The translations under genes were made by a program, and so were the position numbers. A stretch of 64,000 bases of DNA from an uncultured Planctomycetales bacterium. GTDB taxonomy: Bacteria; Omnitrophota; Gorgyraeia; Gygaellales; Profunditerraquicolaceae. Under the pieces are notes generated by a model. The model was not told where the DNA came from and did no database searches. It worked only from the letters and a program-made list of their open reading frames with translations. The stretch is taken from positions 31,194 to 95,193 of the forward strand of contig CAZYCL010000001.1 in assembly GCA_964645795.1 (NCBI GenBank). The letters run 5' to 3'. Below are positions 1-9,134 of this stretch, one piece after another; within the stretch, counting starts at the first letter, position 1, and the number at the start of each line of letters is the position of its first letter.

Positions 1-152
1 CTACCTCTAACTAGAATTATTATAAAATATACATAATTTACGGCTTAATTTCAATGGGACTAAATGGGACGGAATAGGACATTAGAGAATACGCTCTGGG
101 GAGGAAATCTAGCAGGAATTCTTTGGGATTGATAGCGTTCAGATAGGCTTAC

Positions 153-545
153 TTATAGATAAGAGATTTGTTCTTTAGTAATATCAAAAGTATTTTTGAT
201 ACATTTTATAATCTCATTCATTCTTTCTTCACGAATACAGTATCGAAATCTGAAACGTCCTTTTTTTTCTTTTTCTGTGCCTTCTGCGTAAGTAAAAGGA
301 TATATTTGATTAAACTTAATCCAAGTTGGCAGTGGAAATCCTTCAGTATTTGGCGCGATAAAAAAATAACCATTATCAGCGTAGCACCCGGGTCTGTCGT
401 ATCTGTCTTTTTGTTTTGAAGTAGTTAGAACAGCTATGAAGGGTTTTTCTGCTGTAGCGTTGTTTAAGATTACGAAAAGCTTATCGCCTAGTTCACCGTC
501 CGCGAATTGGAAGTCTTCGCAGAAGAAAACGTCGCCACGTTTCAC
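153..545 (-). CDS. Putative toxin of a type II TA pair. The N-terminal RGDV..G.E..K.FVIL...TTS pattern resembles the MazF/PemK (Kid) fold
   Basis: 130 aa ORF overlapping the upstream ORF's stop by 4 nt. The N-terminal motif arrangement resembles MazF/PemK. It lies downstream of a Panacea-domain gene in a low-GC segment. Confidence 0.5.
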   Translation of the reverse strand: MKRGDVFFCEDFQFADGELGDKLFVILNNATAEKPFIAVLTTSKQKDRYDRPGCYADNGYFFIAPNTEGFPLPTWIKFNQIYPFTYAEGTEKEKKGRFRFRYCIREERMNEIIKCIKNTFDITKEQISYL

Positions 546-1087
546 GTAAATATTTTCTCAAAAGTGTTAATTTCTTTTCGTAGCTCTTCGTAATCAGAAG
601 TGCTGATCGAATTTTTAGAACCGTCCAAAGCTAAAGCGTAGTCTATTTGAGCGCCTTGCCCCTTAGAATCAATTGTTTTTTTCCACGGTTCATTTTTTAA
701 ATGGCTTGAATCAACCATAAGATCGGCGTCTGCTTCTCTAAAGATATACGCTACGCGTTCAATGATCTTGAGCTCGCGTTTTGTGAAGTAAATATCGTCA
801 AATTTCTTTTTTACTACGAATTTCCAATTATCTACTGCACCGCAGACATCAATCTGTGCTTTAAGATCGTCTTTAGGCTTCTTGAATTCATAATATAATT
901 CACACGGCACGGGCCCGTGTTTCCAAGCCTCATAGACTTGTCCGGTAATAGATTTGCCAGTCTCTTTAAAGTGTAGGAAATCGGCAAAATAAAGTAACTT
1001 AAACAGCTTCGTCTTATGACACTTCTTCGTGTTCTTAACGAAGTAAACTATAAGATTTAGCAGTTTTTCTCTGTCTCTGTTAATCAT
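542..1087 (-). CDS. Panacea/DUF4065 domain protein (SocA-like antitoxin)
   Basis: 181 aa. The motif YFADFLHFKETGKSITGQVYEAWKHGPVP is typical of DUF4065 phage-associated/Panacea antitoxins. It sits directly upstream of, and overlaps, a small toxin-like ORF. Confidence 0.65.
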   Translation of the reverse strand: MINRDREKLLNLIVYFVKNTKKCHKTKLFKLLYFADFLHFKETGKSITGQVYEAWKHGPVPCELYYEFKKPKDDLKAQIDVCGAVDNWKFVVKKKFDDIYFTKRELKIIERVAYIFREADADLMVDSSHLKNEPWKKTIDSKGQGAQIDYALALDGSKNSISTSDYEELRKEINTFEKIFT

Positions 1088-1374
1088 AATCTTAAATATT
1101 TAATATCAATCTTAGATAAAGTATACACTAAACTAAGCAGTTAAGAAATAGCAAAAAGGACAGCTGAGAAAGCCCTTACTACACCCTCTATTGTTATTAT
1201 CGGCAGTTGGCAAGGTTAACTTTAGCATGGCCTCCCTGTCACCATTTTGTCACTACTTTTTGTCAGATTTAACTAATTTCAACTAACTTCAGCTAAATCA
1301 ATTATCTATCTAACCTATTACTGCTCAATGAACTATCAATGATTTCAATATGTTAGAGTAAGAACAAAATCGGG

Positions 1375-1412
1375 TTGCGAACGAGGTGCTCTCCCAGCTG
1401 AGCTACAGCCCC
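1375..1412 (-). pseudogene. Truncated tRNA-like 5' half (acceptor plus D-arm plus anticodon stem 5' side, tRNA-Ala-like GGGGCUGUAGCUCAGCUGGGAGAGC)
   Basis: The minus-strand sequence GGGGCTGTAGCTCAGCTGGGAGAGCACCTCGTTCGCAA matches a canonical tRNA 5' half. No complementary anticodon stem 3' side or T-arm follows. Confidence 0.45.
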
Positions 1413-1476
1413 GAATTTTTGCTGCGCAAAAATTCGGTCCTGCTGCTACCCGAAGCTTTTGTCCAGACAGCAGGAC
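1411..1476. repeat. Two adjacent perfect palindromes: CCGAATTTTTGC-TGC-GCAAAAATTCGG (1411-1437) and GTCCTGCTG...CAGCAGGAC (1437-1476)
   Basis: Read directly from the sequence. The pair abuts the tRNA-like fragment. Neither hairpin has a canonical terminator U-tract. Confidence 0.6.
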
Positions 1477-1566
1477 CTAAGATACATTAAAAATAAGGAA
1501 AATTTATAATCCGAATCAATGAAATATACGGCTTTCTACTTTACCACAATTCAAATAACTTGGCAA

Positions 1567-2217
1567 TTAATTCGTCGAAACGGATGGCATGTAGAGGCGG
1601 GCGTGCATCGACACCGAAGGATTCCCCATGGAACCGCAGCTTCCGCTTGCTCCCGTCGCATCCCAGCAAGCGGTAATCTTGACGTCAAGGTAATTATTGA
1701 CCGAATTATAGCGCAGCTGCGTAGGCTGGTTAAAATCGCCGCTGTTAATCACGCTAAAATCCCCCAGAATGAATGAATTTGTTGAGCCCGGCCTTCCTCT
1801 GGTCAAAACCTCATAAGACCCGGAACCGACGCTATCATAGTACCAGATCTGATAATTGGCGGGATGATACCTGTAACCAAGCTCTCTATCGGAGCCGTCC
1901 CGCATGCCGTTCGGGTTCTGGTCTACCCAGACCCTAAGCGAATTCTCCCCTGCGATAGCCGTAAAGTTCAACGGCGCAGCGCCCGGATCCCCCACCGCCC
2001 CTCCCGATGAAGCGGTGCCCGTAATGTTTTTTTTCATATGCTCGATCACGAACGTTAATACATTCTGAAGCTGCGCGCGCCTTTCACTGTCCTGGGCGTG
2101 GCCCCTGGTGAACAGGTCGATGCTAAAAAAGCTTAAGACCAAGACCCCCAAAAGCATGATCGCGATGACTAATTCGACAAGCGTAAATGAAGAATGGTTG
2201 AGGCGGCGCATAATCAT
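1567..2217 (-). CDS. Prepilin-type N-terminal cleavage/methylation domain protein (minor pilin/pseudopilin)
   Basis: N-terminus HSSFTLVELVIAIMLLGVL has the class III signal with the invariant Glu. Last gene of the pilin block. Confidence 0.7.
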   Translation of the reverse strand: MIMRRLNHSSFTLVELVIAIMLLGVLVLSFFSIDLFTRGHAQDSERRAQLQNVLTFVIEHMKKNITGTASSGGAVGDPGAAPLNFTAIAGENSLRVWVDQNPNGMRDGSDRELGYRYHPANYQIWYYDSVGSGSYEVLTRGRPGSTNSFILGDFSVINSGDFNQPTQLRYNSVNNYLDVKITACWDATGASGSCGSMGNPSVSMHARLYMPSVSTN

Positions 2218-2627
2218 GGGCTGACCTCTTCCCAGTTGAGAATAAGCTCAACCTTGCGCAGATCCAGCCCGTTTGTGCTGATATTGCTGATATCGTAACG
2301 AGCGTCATACAATACATTATTGACCCTCCTGTCCATACCGGAAGGGCAACTGGGATGTTGCGTGTGGCTGCCGTCACTATCGCAGTAATATGTGCCTGCG
2401 GTAAGAGGATTGCCGGCGCCACCCCAAGTATCCTGCCTGACGCCCATCTGCAGGGGGTCCAGGAACATCCGCCCCAAAACCCCGCCAGATCCCCGGTTGC
2501 GGGAGCGAAGGATAAACCTCTTGCCGGTAATGGAGAGGTTGACGAAGCCGGCCATGACAACCGCCAGGATGGTCATGGCTATCAATATCTCTACCAGCGT
2601 TACAGAATTTCGGTTGCGAGTATTCAC
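2214..2627 (-). CDS. Prepilin-type pseudopilin (minor pilin)
   Basis: N-terminus NSVTLVEILIAMTILAVV. Overlaps the downstream pseudopilin gene by 4 nt. Confidence 0.7.
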   Translation of the reverse strand: MNTRNRNSVTLVEILIAMTILAVVMAGFVNLSITGKRFILRSRNRGSGGVLGRMFLDPLQMGVRQDTWGGAGNPLTAGTYYCDSDGSHTQHPSCPSGMDRRVNNVLYDARYDISNISTNGLDLRKVELILNWEEVSP

Positions 2628-2645
2628 GATACTAAGAAAGGAAGA

Positions 2646-3056
2646 TTATGGACATCCGCTTCCGCTGCAAGCCGGATCGTCCTGGTTGATCAGCAGCCTC
2701 CAGACCCTTCCGCCGGCTCCAACGCGGGTTGCTACGCTGTCCGCGGTGGTCGCGGTTACGTTTTGGATGTCATAGCTCCATTTTGACGAAACAGGCAGGC
2801 TTAATTTCAGGGAAGAGTTTATTTGTGCTGCGCCGGTAGCGTCGTAGTAAGCGCCCATCTCCATCTTGTAGATCTTTTCGGCGGCCTGGATAAGCTTAAG
2901 GTTTGCCTTTGCCTCGTTATCAAAGGCCCTCTCGCGCGTATTGGCGAACTGAGGCAGGGCAAAGGTAACCAATATCGCTATGATGAGGACAACGACTATT
3001 ACCTCTACCAAGCTAAAGCCTTGCAGGCGATATTGGTTACCTGGTTTTAAATTCAT
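2646..3056 (-). CDS. Type IV pilin-like protein. The probable start is the internal Met (MNLKPGNQYRLQGFSLVEV), not the ORF's first Met at 3104
   Basis: GFSLVEVIVVVLIIAIL prepilin motif. The longer ORF would overlap the upstream pilin gene. Confidence 0.75.
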   Translation of the reverse strand: MNLKPGNQYRLQGFSLVEVIVVVLIIAILVTFALPQFANTRERAFDNEAKANLKLIQAAEKIYKMEMGAYYDATGAAQINSSLKLSLPVSSKWSYDIQNVTATTADSVATRVGAGGRVWRLLINQDDPACSGSGCP

Positions 3057-3075
3057 TATTTTAAGGAATCGGGGA

Positions 3076-3489
3076 TTACGGGTTGAACGTGCCGCCCCAA
3101 GCACCGCTTTCAGTAAGGGTCAGGGTTTCATTGGCATTAGGCCCGTCTATCCTGGTAGCTGTGGCCGTAAATGTAGAGGCGGTGACACCGGCAACGGCGT
3201 AGTTCCAATCGACATCGTTTGCAACATCCGCGAGTTCGACAAAAGAAGCAAGGTTGGTATTAATGGTGGCCTTATCGGCACCTGCGATGTAGGTATCGTT
3301 TTCCGCCCTGTACATCTTTTCGCCCTGGGCGATCAAAGCGAGGGCATGACGGGCCTTGCCGCCTTTGGCTCTTTCAACTGCCCGCAGGTATTGAGGAACG
3401 GCAACGGTCGCCAGGATACCGATAACGATAACTACGATAATCAACTCGATCAACGTAAAACCTTTACCGCTCCAGATTCTCTTTAACAT
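3076..3489 (-). CDS. pilA: Type IV major pilin (PilA/GspG-like)
   Basis: N-terminus KGFTLIELIIVVIVIGILATVAVPQY is a classic prepilin leader plus N-methyl-Phe/Glu5 helix. A good SD (AAGGAGAGG) lies upstream. Confidence 0.8.
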   Translation of the reverse strand: MLKRIWSGKGFTLIELIIVVIVIGILATVAVPQYLRAVERAKGGKARHALALIAQGEKMYRAENDTYIAGADKATINTNLASFVELADVANDVDWNYAVAGVTASTFTATATRIDGPNANETLTLTESGAWGGTFNP

Positions 3490-3531
3490 CTTGCCTCTCC
3501 TTTCTAATGATTCTTGATAAATATCTTATTA

Positions 3532-3561
3532 AATATACACCTAAAAAAGGCTACTTGTCAA
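3532..3561 (-). promoter_or_regulatory. Candidate sigma70 promoter for the major pilin gene (TTGACA-18-TATATT on the minus strand)
   Basis: Minus-strand sequence TTGACAagtagccttttttaggtgTATATT sits about 45 nt upstream of the pilin ATG. Confidence 0.3.
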
Positions 3562-3567
3562 CTATAA

Positions 3568-4806
3568 TTAACCACCCCCCATTTTGGCGATCTGGAATAT
3601 GGGCAAAAACATACCCACAACCATGATGCCGATGACCGACCCCATAAATATAAGGATAAAAGGCTCAAACATCGAGACGAACCGGTTAAGGAAGGTCTCG
3701 GAATACTCCTGGTAAAAAGCGTTGATCTTCTTGAACATCTGCGAGAGCTCTCCGATCTCCTCTCCGATGCCCACCATCTGGACGACCATCGGGTCAAAGA
3801 ACCCGCTTTTTGAAAAAGGCTCGATCAGGGGCTTGCCTTCCCTTATCCCTTCCTTGATCTGGCGGATGATATCGGCCATGGCAAGATTTCCCACGCTATG
3901 CTCCGAGATCTCAAGCGAATAAAGGATAGGCACGCCGCTTTCCAGGAGCGTGGCCATCTCTGAAGAAAACCGCTCGACGGTAAGGGAGCGGAAGAACTCG
4001 CCGAATACCGGCAGCTTGAACTCCAAGCGCTCCAGCTGCTTTCTGCCTTCTTTTGTCTTGAGGAAGTTTTTCAGCAGGAACCCGAGTACTATTGCGCCGA
4101 ATATTAGCAGGATGAAGTTTTTGCGCAGAAAATCGCTGACGAATATCAAAACGACCGTGAGAGGCGGCAGTTGGATATTCATTCCCTTGAATATTTCGGC
4201 AAACGCCGGAACGATCTTGATGGTCATGAACAACATCGCGCCCAAGCTGGCTAACAACAGGATCGCCGGATATATGAGCGATGAGATTATCTTGGCCTTG
4301 AAGGCGGCGTTCCTCTCAAGATAGCCGGCCAGGCGGTTTAAGACTACCGCCAGGTTCCCGCTGGCCTCACCGCTTTCCACCAGATTAATCCAGAGCTCCG
4401 AGAAGACATCGCGGTGCCTGGCCATAGCCTCATGAAAACTAAGGCCGGTTTCCATGCCTTTCTGCAAATCCTTGACCACTAAATAGAGCTTGCGGCTGGA
4501 AACCTGCTGAGAGATTATATCCAGGCTCTTTAAGATGGTAACTCCGGCTCCCAACAGAGTGGCAAGCTGACGGCAAAAAAGGACCAGATCGTTGCCTGTG
4601 ACGCGGCTATGTCCGCGCTTATGCCTTGAGCTGAAATCCGCTGCGGCCTTAGAGGGCTTAACTTCGTCCTGGGCGGAAGTAACGCTTACCACGACCAAGT
4701 CCCTGGACTGAAGCCTGCTGATGACCTCTTCCTGGCTGGCGGCCTCTTCAGTGCCGGTGCTTTTCTCGCCTGTCTTGCTGCGGACCGTATAAAAGAACTT
4801 GGCCAT
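3568..4806 (-). CDS. pilC: Type IV pilus inner-membrane platform protein PilC (GspF family)
   Basis: 412 aa with two T2SSF-like repeats and three TM segments. It lies between pilB and the pilin genes. Confidence 0.85.
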   Translation of the reverse strand: MAKFFYTVRSKTGEKSTGTEEAASQEEVISRLQSRDLVVVSVTSAQDEVKPSKAAADFSSRHKRGHSRVTGNDLVLFCRQLATLLGAGVTILKSLDIISQQVSSRKLYLVVKDLQKGMETGLSFHEAMARHRDVFSELWINLVESGEASGNLAVVLNRLAGYLERNAAFKAKIISSLIYPAILLLASLGAMLFMTIKIVPAFAEIFKGMNIQLPPLTVVLIFVSDFLRKNFILLIFGAIVLGFLLKNFLKTKEGRKQLERLEFKLPVFGEFFRSLTVERFSSEMATLLESGVPILYSLEISEHSVGNLAMADIIRQIKEGIREGKPLIEPFSKSGFFDPMVVQMVGIGEEIGELSQMFKKINAFYQEYSETFLNRFVSMFEPFILIFMGSVIGIMVVGMFLPIFQIAKMGGG

Positions 4807-6527
4807 TACTCGACTCCCATGGTGACGGAAAATGCCTCTTCAAGCGAGGAAAGGCCTTCTTCTACCTTGCTTATCGCCGATTCATAAAGCGTCAGCATGC
4901 CAAAGCTGCGTGCGGCGTCTTTGATCTTCTGAAATGATGCCCTTTGGTTAACCAGCTCTTTAAGCTGCTCATTGACTACCAGGGTTTCGGCGATACAAAG
5001 CCTGCCCTTATAACCCATATGATTGCATTTGGGGCACCCTTTTGCCTTATAGATAAGTTCGGATTTAAGATTCAAGTTCTTGCGTTGTTCAGGAGTAGGC
5101 TCATAAGCTTCTTTGCAGTCGGGGCAGAGCTTCCTCAATAAGCGCTGCGCGACAATCATCAACAAAGACGGAGCCAGCATATATGATTCTATGCCGATAT
5201 CGATAAGCCTGCTTACCGCAGAGGCCGCGTCATTGGTATGCAGGGTGCTTAAAACAAGATGGCCGGTAAGCGCGGAACGCACGCAGATCTGCGCCGTCTC
5301 AAGGTCCCTGACTTCGCCCACGAGCATGACGTCGGGGTCCTGGCGCAGGAAACTGCGCAGGGCCGCGGCAAAAGTCAGCCCGATTTCGGGTTTTACCTGG
5401 ACCTGATTGATACCTTCCAGCTTATATTCAACCGGGTCCTCGATTGTGAGGATATTCTTTGAAGGGTTATTTATCTCGTTTAATACTGCGTATAGCGTAG
5501 TTGTCTTTCCGCTTCCGGTAGGGCCGGTGATAAAAATGAGACCATAAGGCAGGTTTATGACCTTTCTCATGCTCTCCAGCTGCTTGCCGCTAAAACCCAG
5601 CTGGTTGAGGTCCAGGACCACCGAACTCCTGTCAAGGATCCTAAGGACGATCTTTTCCCCGTAAATAGTGGGCAAGGTAGATATACGTATGTCGATAGGC
5701 CGCTCTCCTATCCTGACCATGAACGCGCCGTCCTGAGGCAGCCTCTTTTCGGCGATATCAAGCTTTGCCAGAATTTTGATGCGGGACATGATCGGCAGAT
5801 GCATATGCTTGGCAGGAGGCGGTATTTCATAGAGCCTGCCGTCGATGCGGTAGCGCAGGGATATCTTATCCTTAAACGGCTCGACATGTATATCAGATGC
5901 GTGTTCGTCTATCGCCTGGCGTATTATCAGGTCAACGAGCTTAATGACCGGCGCCTCTTCGGCCCTGGCGATCAGCTTATCGAGGCTGAGCTCCTGCTCC
6001 GAATCTTCTGTATCCTGGCTTTGCGGTTCGATCGTCGCGGCAGATTCATAACTGGCCTCAACCGCCTGCTTGAACATCGCGGATTTGCCGTAAAAATTTT
6101 CAATAGCCTTAGTGATATCGTTCTTGGTGGCGATGACCAGGTTTATTTCGCAGCCGGTAAGCTTTCTGAGGTTATCTACCAGGATCAGGTCTAAGGGATC
6201 CGACATGGCAACGGTAAGGGAGCGCATGGTCCGAGAAAGCGGCAGGACCATGTTTTTAAGCGCGAACTCCTGGGAGACAAGCCGCTCCAGGCCCTGGTCC
6301 GGGGCGGGCTTAAGCTTTCCCACCCCAAAAGAAAAATAAGGGATATTAAGCTGCTTGCCCAGGACCGCGACCATCTGGTCTTCTTTGACCATCCCCAGTT
6401 TTACCAGCACCTCTCCGAGCCTGCCGCCTTCCCTGCGCTGCGAGCTGATAGCTTCTTCCAGCTGGGCGCTGGTTATAAGCCCCTCCTTGATGAGGAGCTC
6501 TCCTAATCTAAGGTACTTTTCTTTCAT
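4806..6527 (-). CDS. pilB: Type IV pilus assembly ATPase PilB (GspE family)
   Basis: 573 aa. It has a GSPII_E N-domain, a Walker A GPTGSGKTT motif and a C-terminal tetracysteine pair (CPDC...CPKC). Confidence 0.9.
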   Translation of the reverse strand: MKEKYLRLGELLIKEGLITSAQLEEAISSQRREGGRLGEVLVKLGMVKEDQMVAVLGKQLNIPYFSFGVGKLKPAPDQGLERLVSQEFALKNMVLPLSRTMRSLTVAMSDPLDLILVDNLRKLTGCEINLVIATKNDITKAIENFYGKSAMFKQAVEASYESAATIEPQSQDTEDSEQELSLDKLIARAEEAPVIKLVDLIIRQAIDEHASDIHVEPFKDKISLRYRIDGRLYEIPPPAKHMHLPIMSRIKILAKLDIAEKRLPQDGAFMVRIGERPIDIRISTLPTIYGEKIVLRILDRSSVVLDLNQLGFSGKQLESMRKVINLPYGLIFITGPTGSGKTTTLYAVLNEINNPSKNILTIEDPVEYKLEGINQVQVKPEIGLTFAAALRSFLRQDPDVMLVGEVRDLETAQICVRSALTGHLVLSTLHTNDAASAVSRLIDIGIESYMLAPSLLMIVAQRLLRKLCPDCKEAYEPTPEQRKNLNLKSELIYKAKGCPKCNHMGYKGRLCIAETLVVNEQLKELVNQRASFQKIKDAARSFGMLTLYESAISKVEEGLSSLEEAFSVTMGVE

Positions 6528-6545
6528 TATTTTCTCTAAAAGGGA

Positions 6546-8126
6546 TCAGCGTTTTATCGCGCTTTCAAAGTTGTCCAGCGATGTCCCGATCGCGGAGCTC
6601 CGGTCAAAACCGGAAACCGTCCCCTGCTCTCTGTCAGCAAACGATATGGCGTTCTGCGCCAGCCTTGCATTCCCTTCTTTGATGATCCTGGGCGTGATAA
6701 ATACTAACAGCTCCCTCTCCTTGCCTTTATCCCTGTTCTTATGCCTGAAAAGGCTCCCAAGGATAGGCACGTCTCCCAGAAGCGGGACCTTGGTAATGAT
6801 CTCGGTAGCCTCGTTACGGATGAGGCCGCCCAAAATCACCGTTTCGCCGTCCTTGACCCTTATCACGGATTTCGTAGTCCTCTCTTCCGGGTCCTTAAAG
6901 TAGGTGCTGGTGCTGCCGGATACCAGGAATGTGCTGGTGGATGTGTCCTTTACGGTCGGCACGACAAACATGGTCACTTCCCCTGTCTCCATGTTTATCT
7001 GAGGAGTTACCCTTAAACGCACGCCTGTTTCCATTCTCTCCGGCGTAGTGGTCTCGCTGGTAGAGCCGCCGGTAACAACCTGGGTCTGCACGCCTATCGT
7101 CTCCTGAGTGGCGATCTTGATCTCGGCGGTTTCGTTATTCAAAGTCAGAATTCTGGGACGGGCTAAATATTTTGTGTCGGTTTGCGTTTTCAAAAAATCA
7201 AGTATTATCTGATAACCCGAGCTGTTAACCGAGACGCTTCCGGCCTCAAAATGCCCGGGGACATCACTAGCAGCCTTGGAAACCTGGCTGCCTCCGGGTA
7301 TAAGGCCTCCGAACGGAAACTTGGTAAAACGCGTGGCCCCGGCAAGATTCAGGGTAAGCGGGGTCTGGCCGTATTTAAAACCCAGCTTGTCCACGAGGTT
7401 CTTGCTAACATCCAACATCTCAACCTCAAGCATGACCTGAGGCGCGGCCACGTCGATAGCGGCGATAGTAGTGGCTATAACATCCATCTTTGTTGGTGAA
7501 TCCATAACAATCAGGCTGTTGGTACGGTAATCTTCGATGACTATCCCGTCTTTAGACAGAAGTCTTTTGACAACGCTGGTTATACCCGACTCTTCAGCCG
7601 TCTTCCATCTTCCTTCCGTAGTCGTAGTCCCGCTCGACTCCTCTGATTCGGAAGAGCTTGAAGACGATGAGCCGGTTCCGCCTAACTGAGTGCCGAGTTC
7701 GCTCAACAATGACGAAGTTGAAACGCTGGCATATTTTAGGTAAAAGACCCTGGTGACTACTTCCGCCTGCGGTTTTCCGAGGTCCTTGACCAAGAATATC
7801 CTGGCATTTCTATCAAGCTCATAGGTCAGGTTATTGGCCTTAAAAAGCTTGTCCATGGCGTACTCAAGGGGCACCTTGTCCATATATAGCGTGACCTTCC
7901 TGTCTTCCACGTTCTGGGAGGCAATAAAATTCAGCCCCGATTGCATGGAAAACAGCTTAAGGATATCCTTAAGGCTGGCGTCTTTGAAGTCCATGGAGAT
8001 GGTAATCTTGTCGCCGGGGCCGAGCATATCCGACTCAGGCGGGTCGGCATTTATGGGATACCCGCCTGACACAAGGGAGAAGCTCAAGAATAATGCAAAA
8101 AAACGGTATAAGATCTTCATGTTCAT
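6546..8126 (-). CDS. pilQ: Secretin PilQ/GspD family. The probable start is the internal Met (MNMKILYRFF), because the ORF's first Met at 8231 would overlap pilP
   Basis: It has a signal peptide. The C-terminal secretin signature is ILGGLIRNE...VPLLGDVPILGSLFRHK...LLVFITPRII. A Ser/Thr-rich linker is present. Confidence 0.85.
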   Translation of the reverse strand: MNMKILYRFFALFLSFSLVSGGYPINADPPESDMLGPGDKITISMDFKDASLKDILKLFSMQSGLNFIASQNVEDRKVTLYMDKVPLEYAMDKLFKANNLTYELDRNARIFLVKDLGKPQAEVVTRVFYLKYASVSTSSLLSELGTQLGGTGSSSSSSSESEESSGTTTTEGRWKTAEESGITSVVKRLLSKDGIVIEDYRTNSLIVMDSPTKMDVIATTIAAIDVAAPQVMLEVEMLDVSKNLVDKLGFKYGQTPLTLNLAGATRFTKFPFGGLIPGGSQVSKAASDVPGHFEAGSVSVNSSGYQIILDFLKTQTDTKYLARPRILTLNNETAEIKIATQETIGVQTQVVTGGSTSETTTPERMETGVRLRVTPQINMETGEVTMFVVPTVKDTSTSTFLVSGSTSTYFKDPEERTTKSVIRVKDGETVILGGLIRNEATEIITKVPLLGDVPILGSLFRHKNRDKGKERELLVFITPRIIKEGNARLAQNAISFADREQGTVSGFDRSSAIGTSLDNFESAIKR

Positions 8127-8157
8127 CCTCCTGGGAATTAATCCCTTTACCAACGAT

Positions 8158-8616
8158 CTAACGCATCCCTTCCGAAACGGATAGATCAAACTTTGACCCC
8201 CTATAAAGAAAGACGATCTTATTCTTTTCAATGCTGACTATCTTTGCCCCCTCCACCGTATCCCCTTCCATCAGGACCCCCCCGTTAATGATTGCCTGAT
8301 TGAACCTGCCGCCCCATAATACACCTTGGACCTTCATCGCGGGGAGCTCAAGCTTCGGAGTTATCTCTCCGGGCCTAGGCTTGGCTACCACAGGCTTGGT
8401 ATTGATATCGTGGAACGGGTCCCTGTAGTTATCCGCCGTGTATTCATTTATCTGCCGGTTAATAATGCGCGGCTGGCTGGCGCGCGCGCTATCCGGCTGG
8501 TCCTGAGCCCTAAGATTGGCAGCGGGCAGGACCGACAAAACAACCGCGATGCAAAAAGCTATGCCAGGCGCCTTAAAATTCGGGATTACTCTTTGATGAC
8601 CCTGATTATCGCGCAT
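8158..8616 (-). CDS. pilP: PilP-like pilus assembly lipoprotein/periplasmic protein
   Basis: 152 aa. It has an N-terminal hydrophobic segment and a C-terminal beta-domain pattern (KVQGVLWGG...AIINGGVLMEGDTVEGAKIVSIEKNKIVF), and sits between pilO and pilQ. Confidence 0.5.
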   Translation of the reverse strand: MRDNQGHQRVIPNFKAPGIAFCIAVVLSVLPAANLRAQDQPDSARASQPRIINRQINEYTADNYRDPFHDINTKPVVAKPRPGEITPKLELPAMKVQGVLWGGRFNQAIINGGVLMEGDTVEGAKIVSIEKNKIVFLYRGSKFDLSVSEGMR

Positions 8617-8617
8617 G

Positions 8618-9130
8618 TTAATCCAGTACCTCGATACTGCTTAACTTTAAACTCGCGGTTAAGCCGCTTCCGTCCGGTGCCGGGGCTATACGCAGGCTCT
8701 CCACGGAGTAAAACACTTCCCTGTTAGCTTCCAGCTTGCTTATAAATTTACCTATGGCGTGAGAACCTGCTGCCTTAAGGCTCAGCATAAAGGGGACCTT
8801 CGCGTAGTCACCCAAACGCGCTTCCTGATCCGGCTTGATGGACAGGATGCTTACGCCCGACTCCTTAGCCAGCTCATTGATGGAGCTTATCACGGCGCTG
8901 GAATCCTTTCTTGCAAGGTCTTGCCTGTATTGATTAAGCTTATTCTCCAGCTCATCGATGGCTACCAAGACCTCACGCCTGCGCAACTCATTCTTCTTGT
9001 CTTCCTGTAGCCGCTTAATCTTCTCGCTCTGTATTTTAAAAATATGGTTGGCCACTACAAGCGCCAAAATGATTATCGCTGTGTTTATCAGCTTGTTCTT
9101 GTGTTTAGCGACTAAGTTATTTATGTCCAT
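8618..9130 (-). CDS. pilO: PilO-like inner-membrane pilus assembly protein (start probably MDINN)
   Basis: It has a single N-terminal TM helix, a coiled-coil segment and a C-terminal domain, and sits between pilM-N and pilP. Confidence 0.55.
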   Translation of the reverse strand: MDINNLVAKHKNKLINTAIIILALVVANHIFKIQSEKIKRLQEDKKNELRRREVLVAIDELENKLNQYRQDLARKDSSAVISSINELAKESGVSILSIKPDQEARLGDYAKVPFMLSLKAAGSHAIGKFISKLEANREVFYSVESLRIAPAPDGSGLTASLKLSSIEVLD

Positions 9131-9134
9131 AGTA

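Noticed and set aside
1340-1480. An intact tRNA gene (tRNA-Ala-like) on the minus strand
   Set aside because: Only the 5' half is present (acceptor 5' strand, D-arm, anticodon stem 5' side and loop). The sequence that should form the anticodon stem 3' side and T-arm (GGTTCGAATCC-like) is absent. The fragment runs into palindromes instead. I therefore called it a truncated tRNA-like fragment rather than a tRNA.
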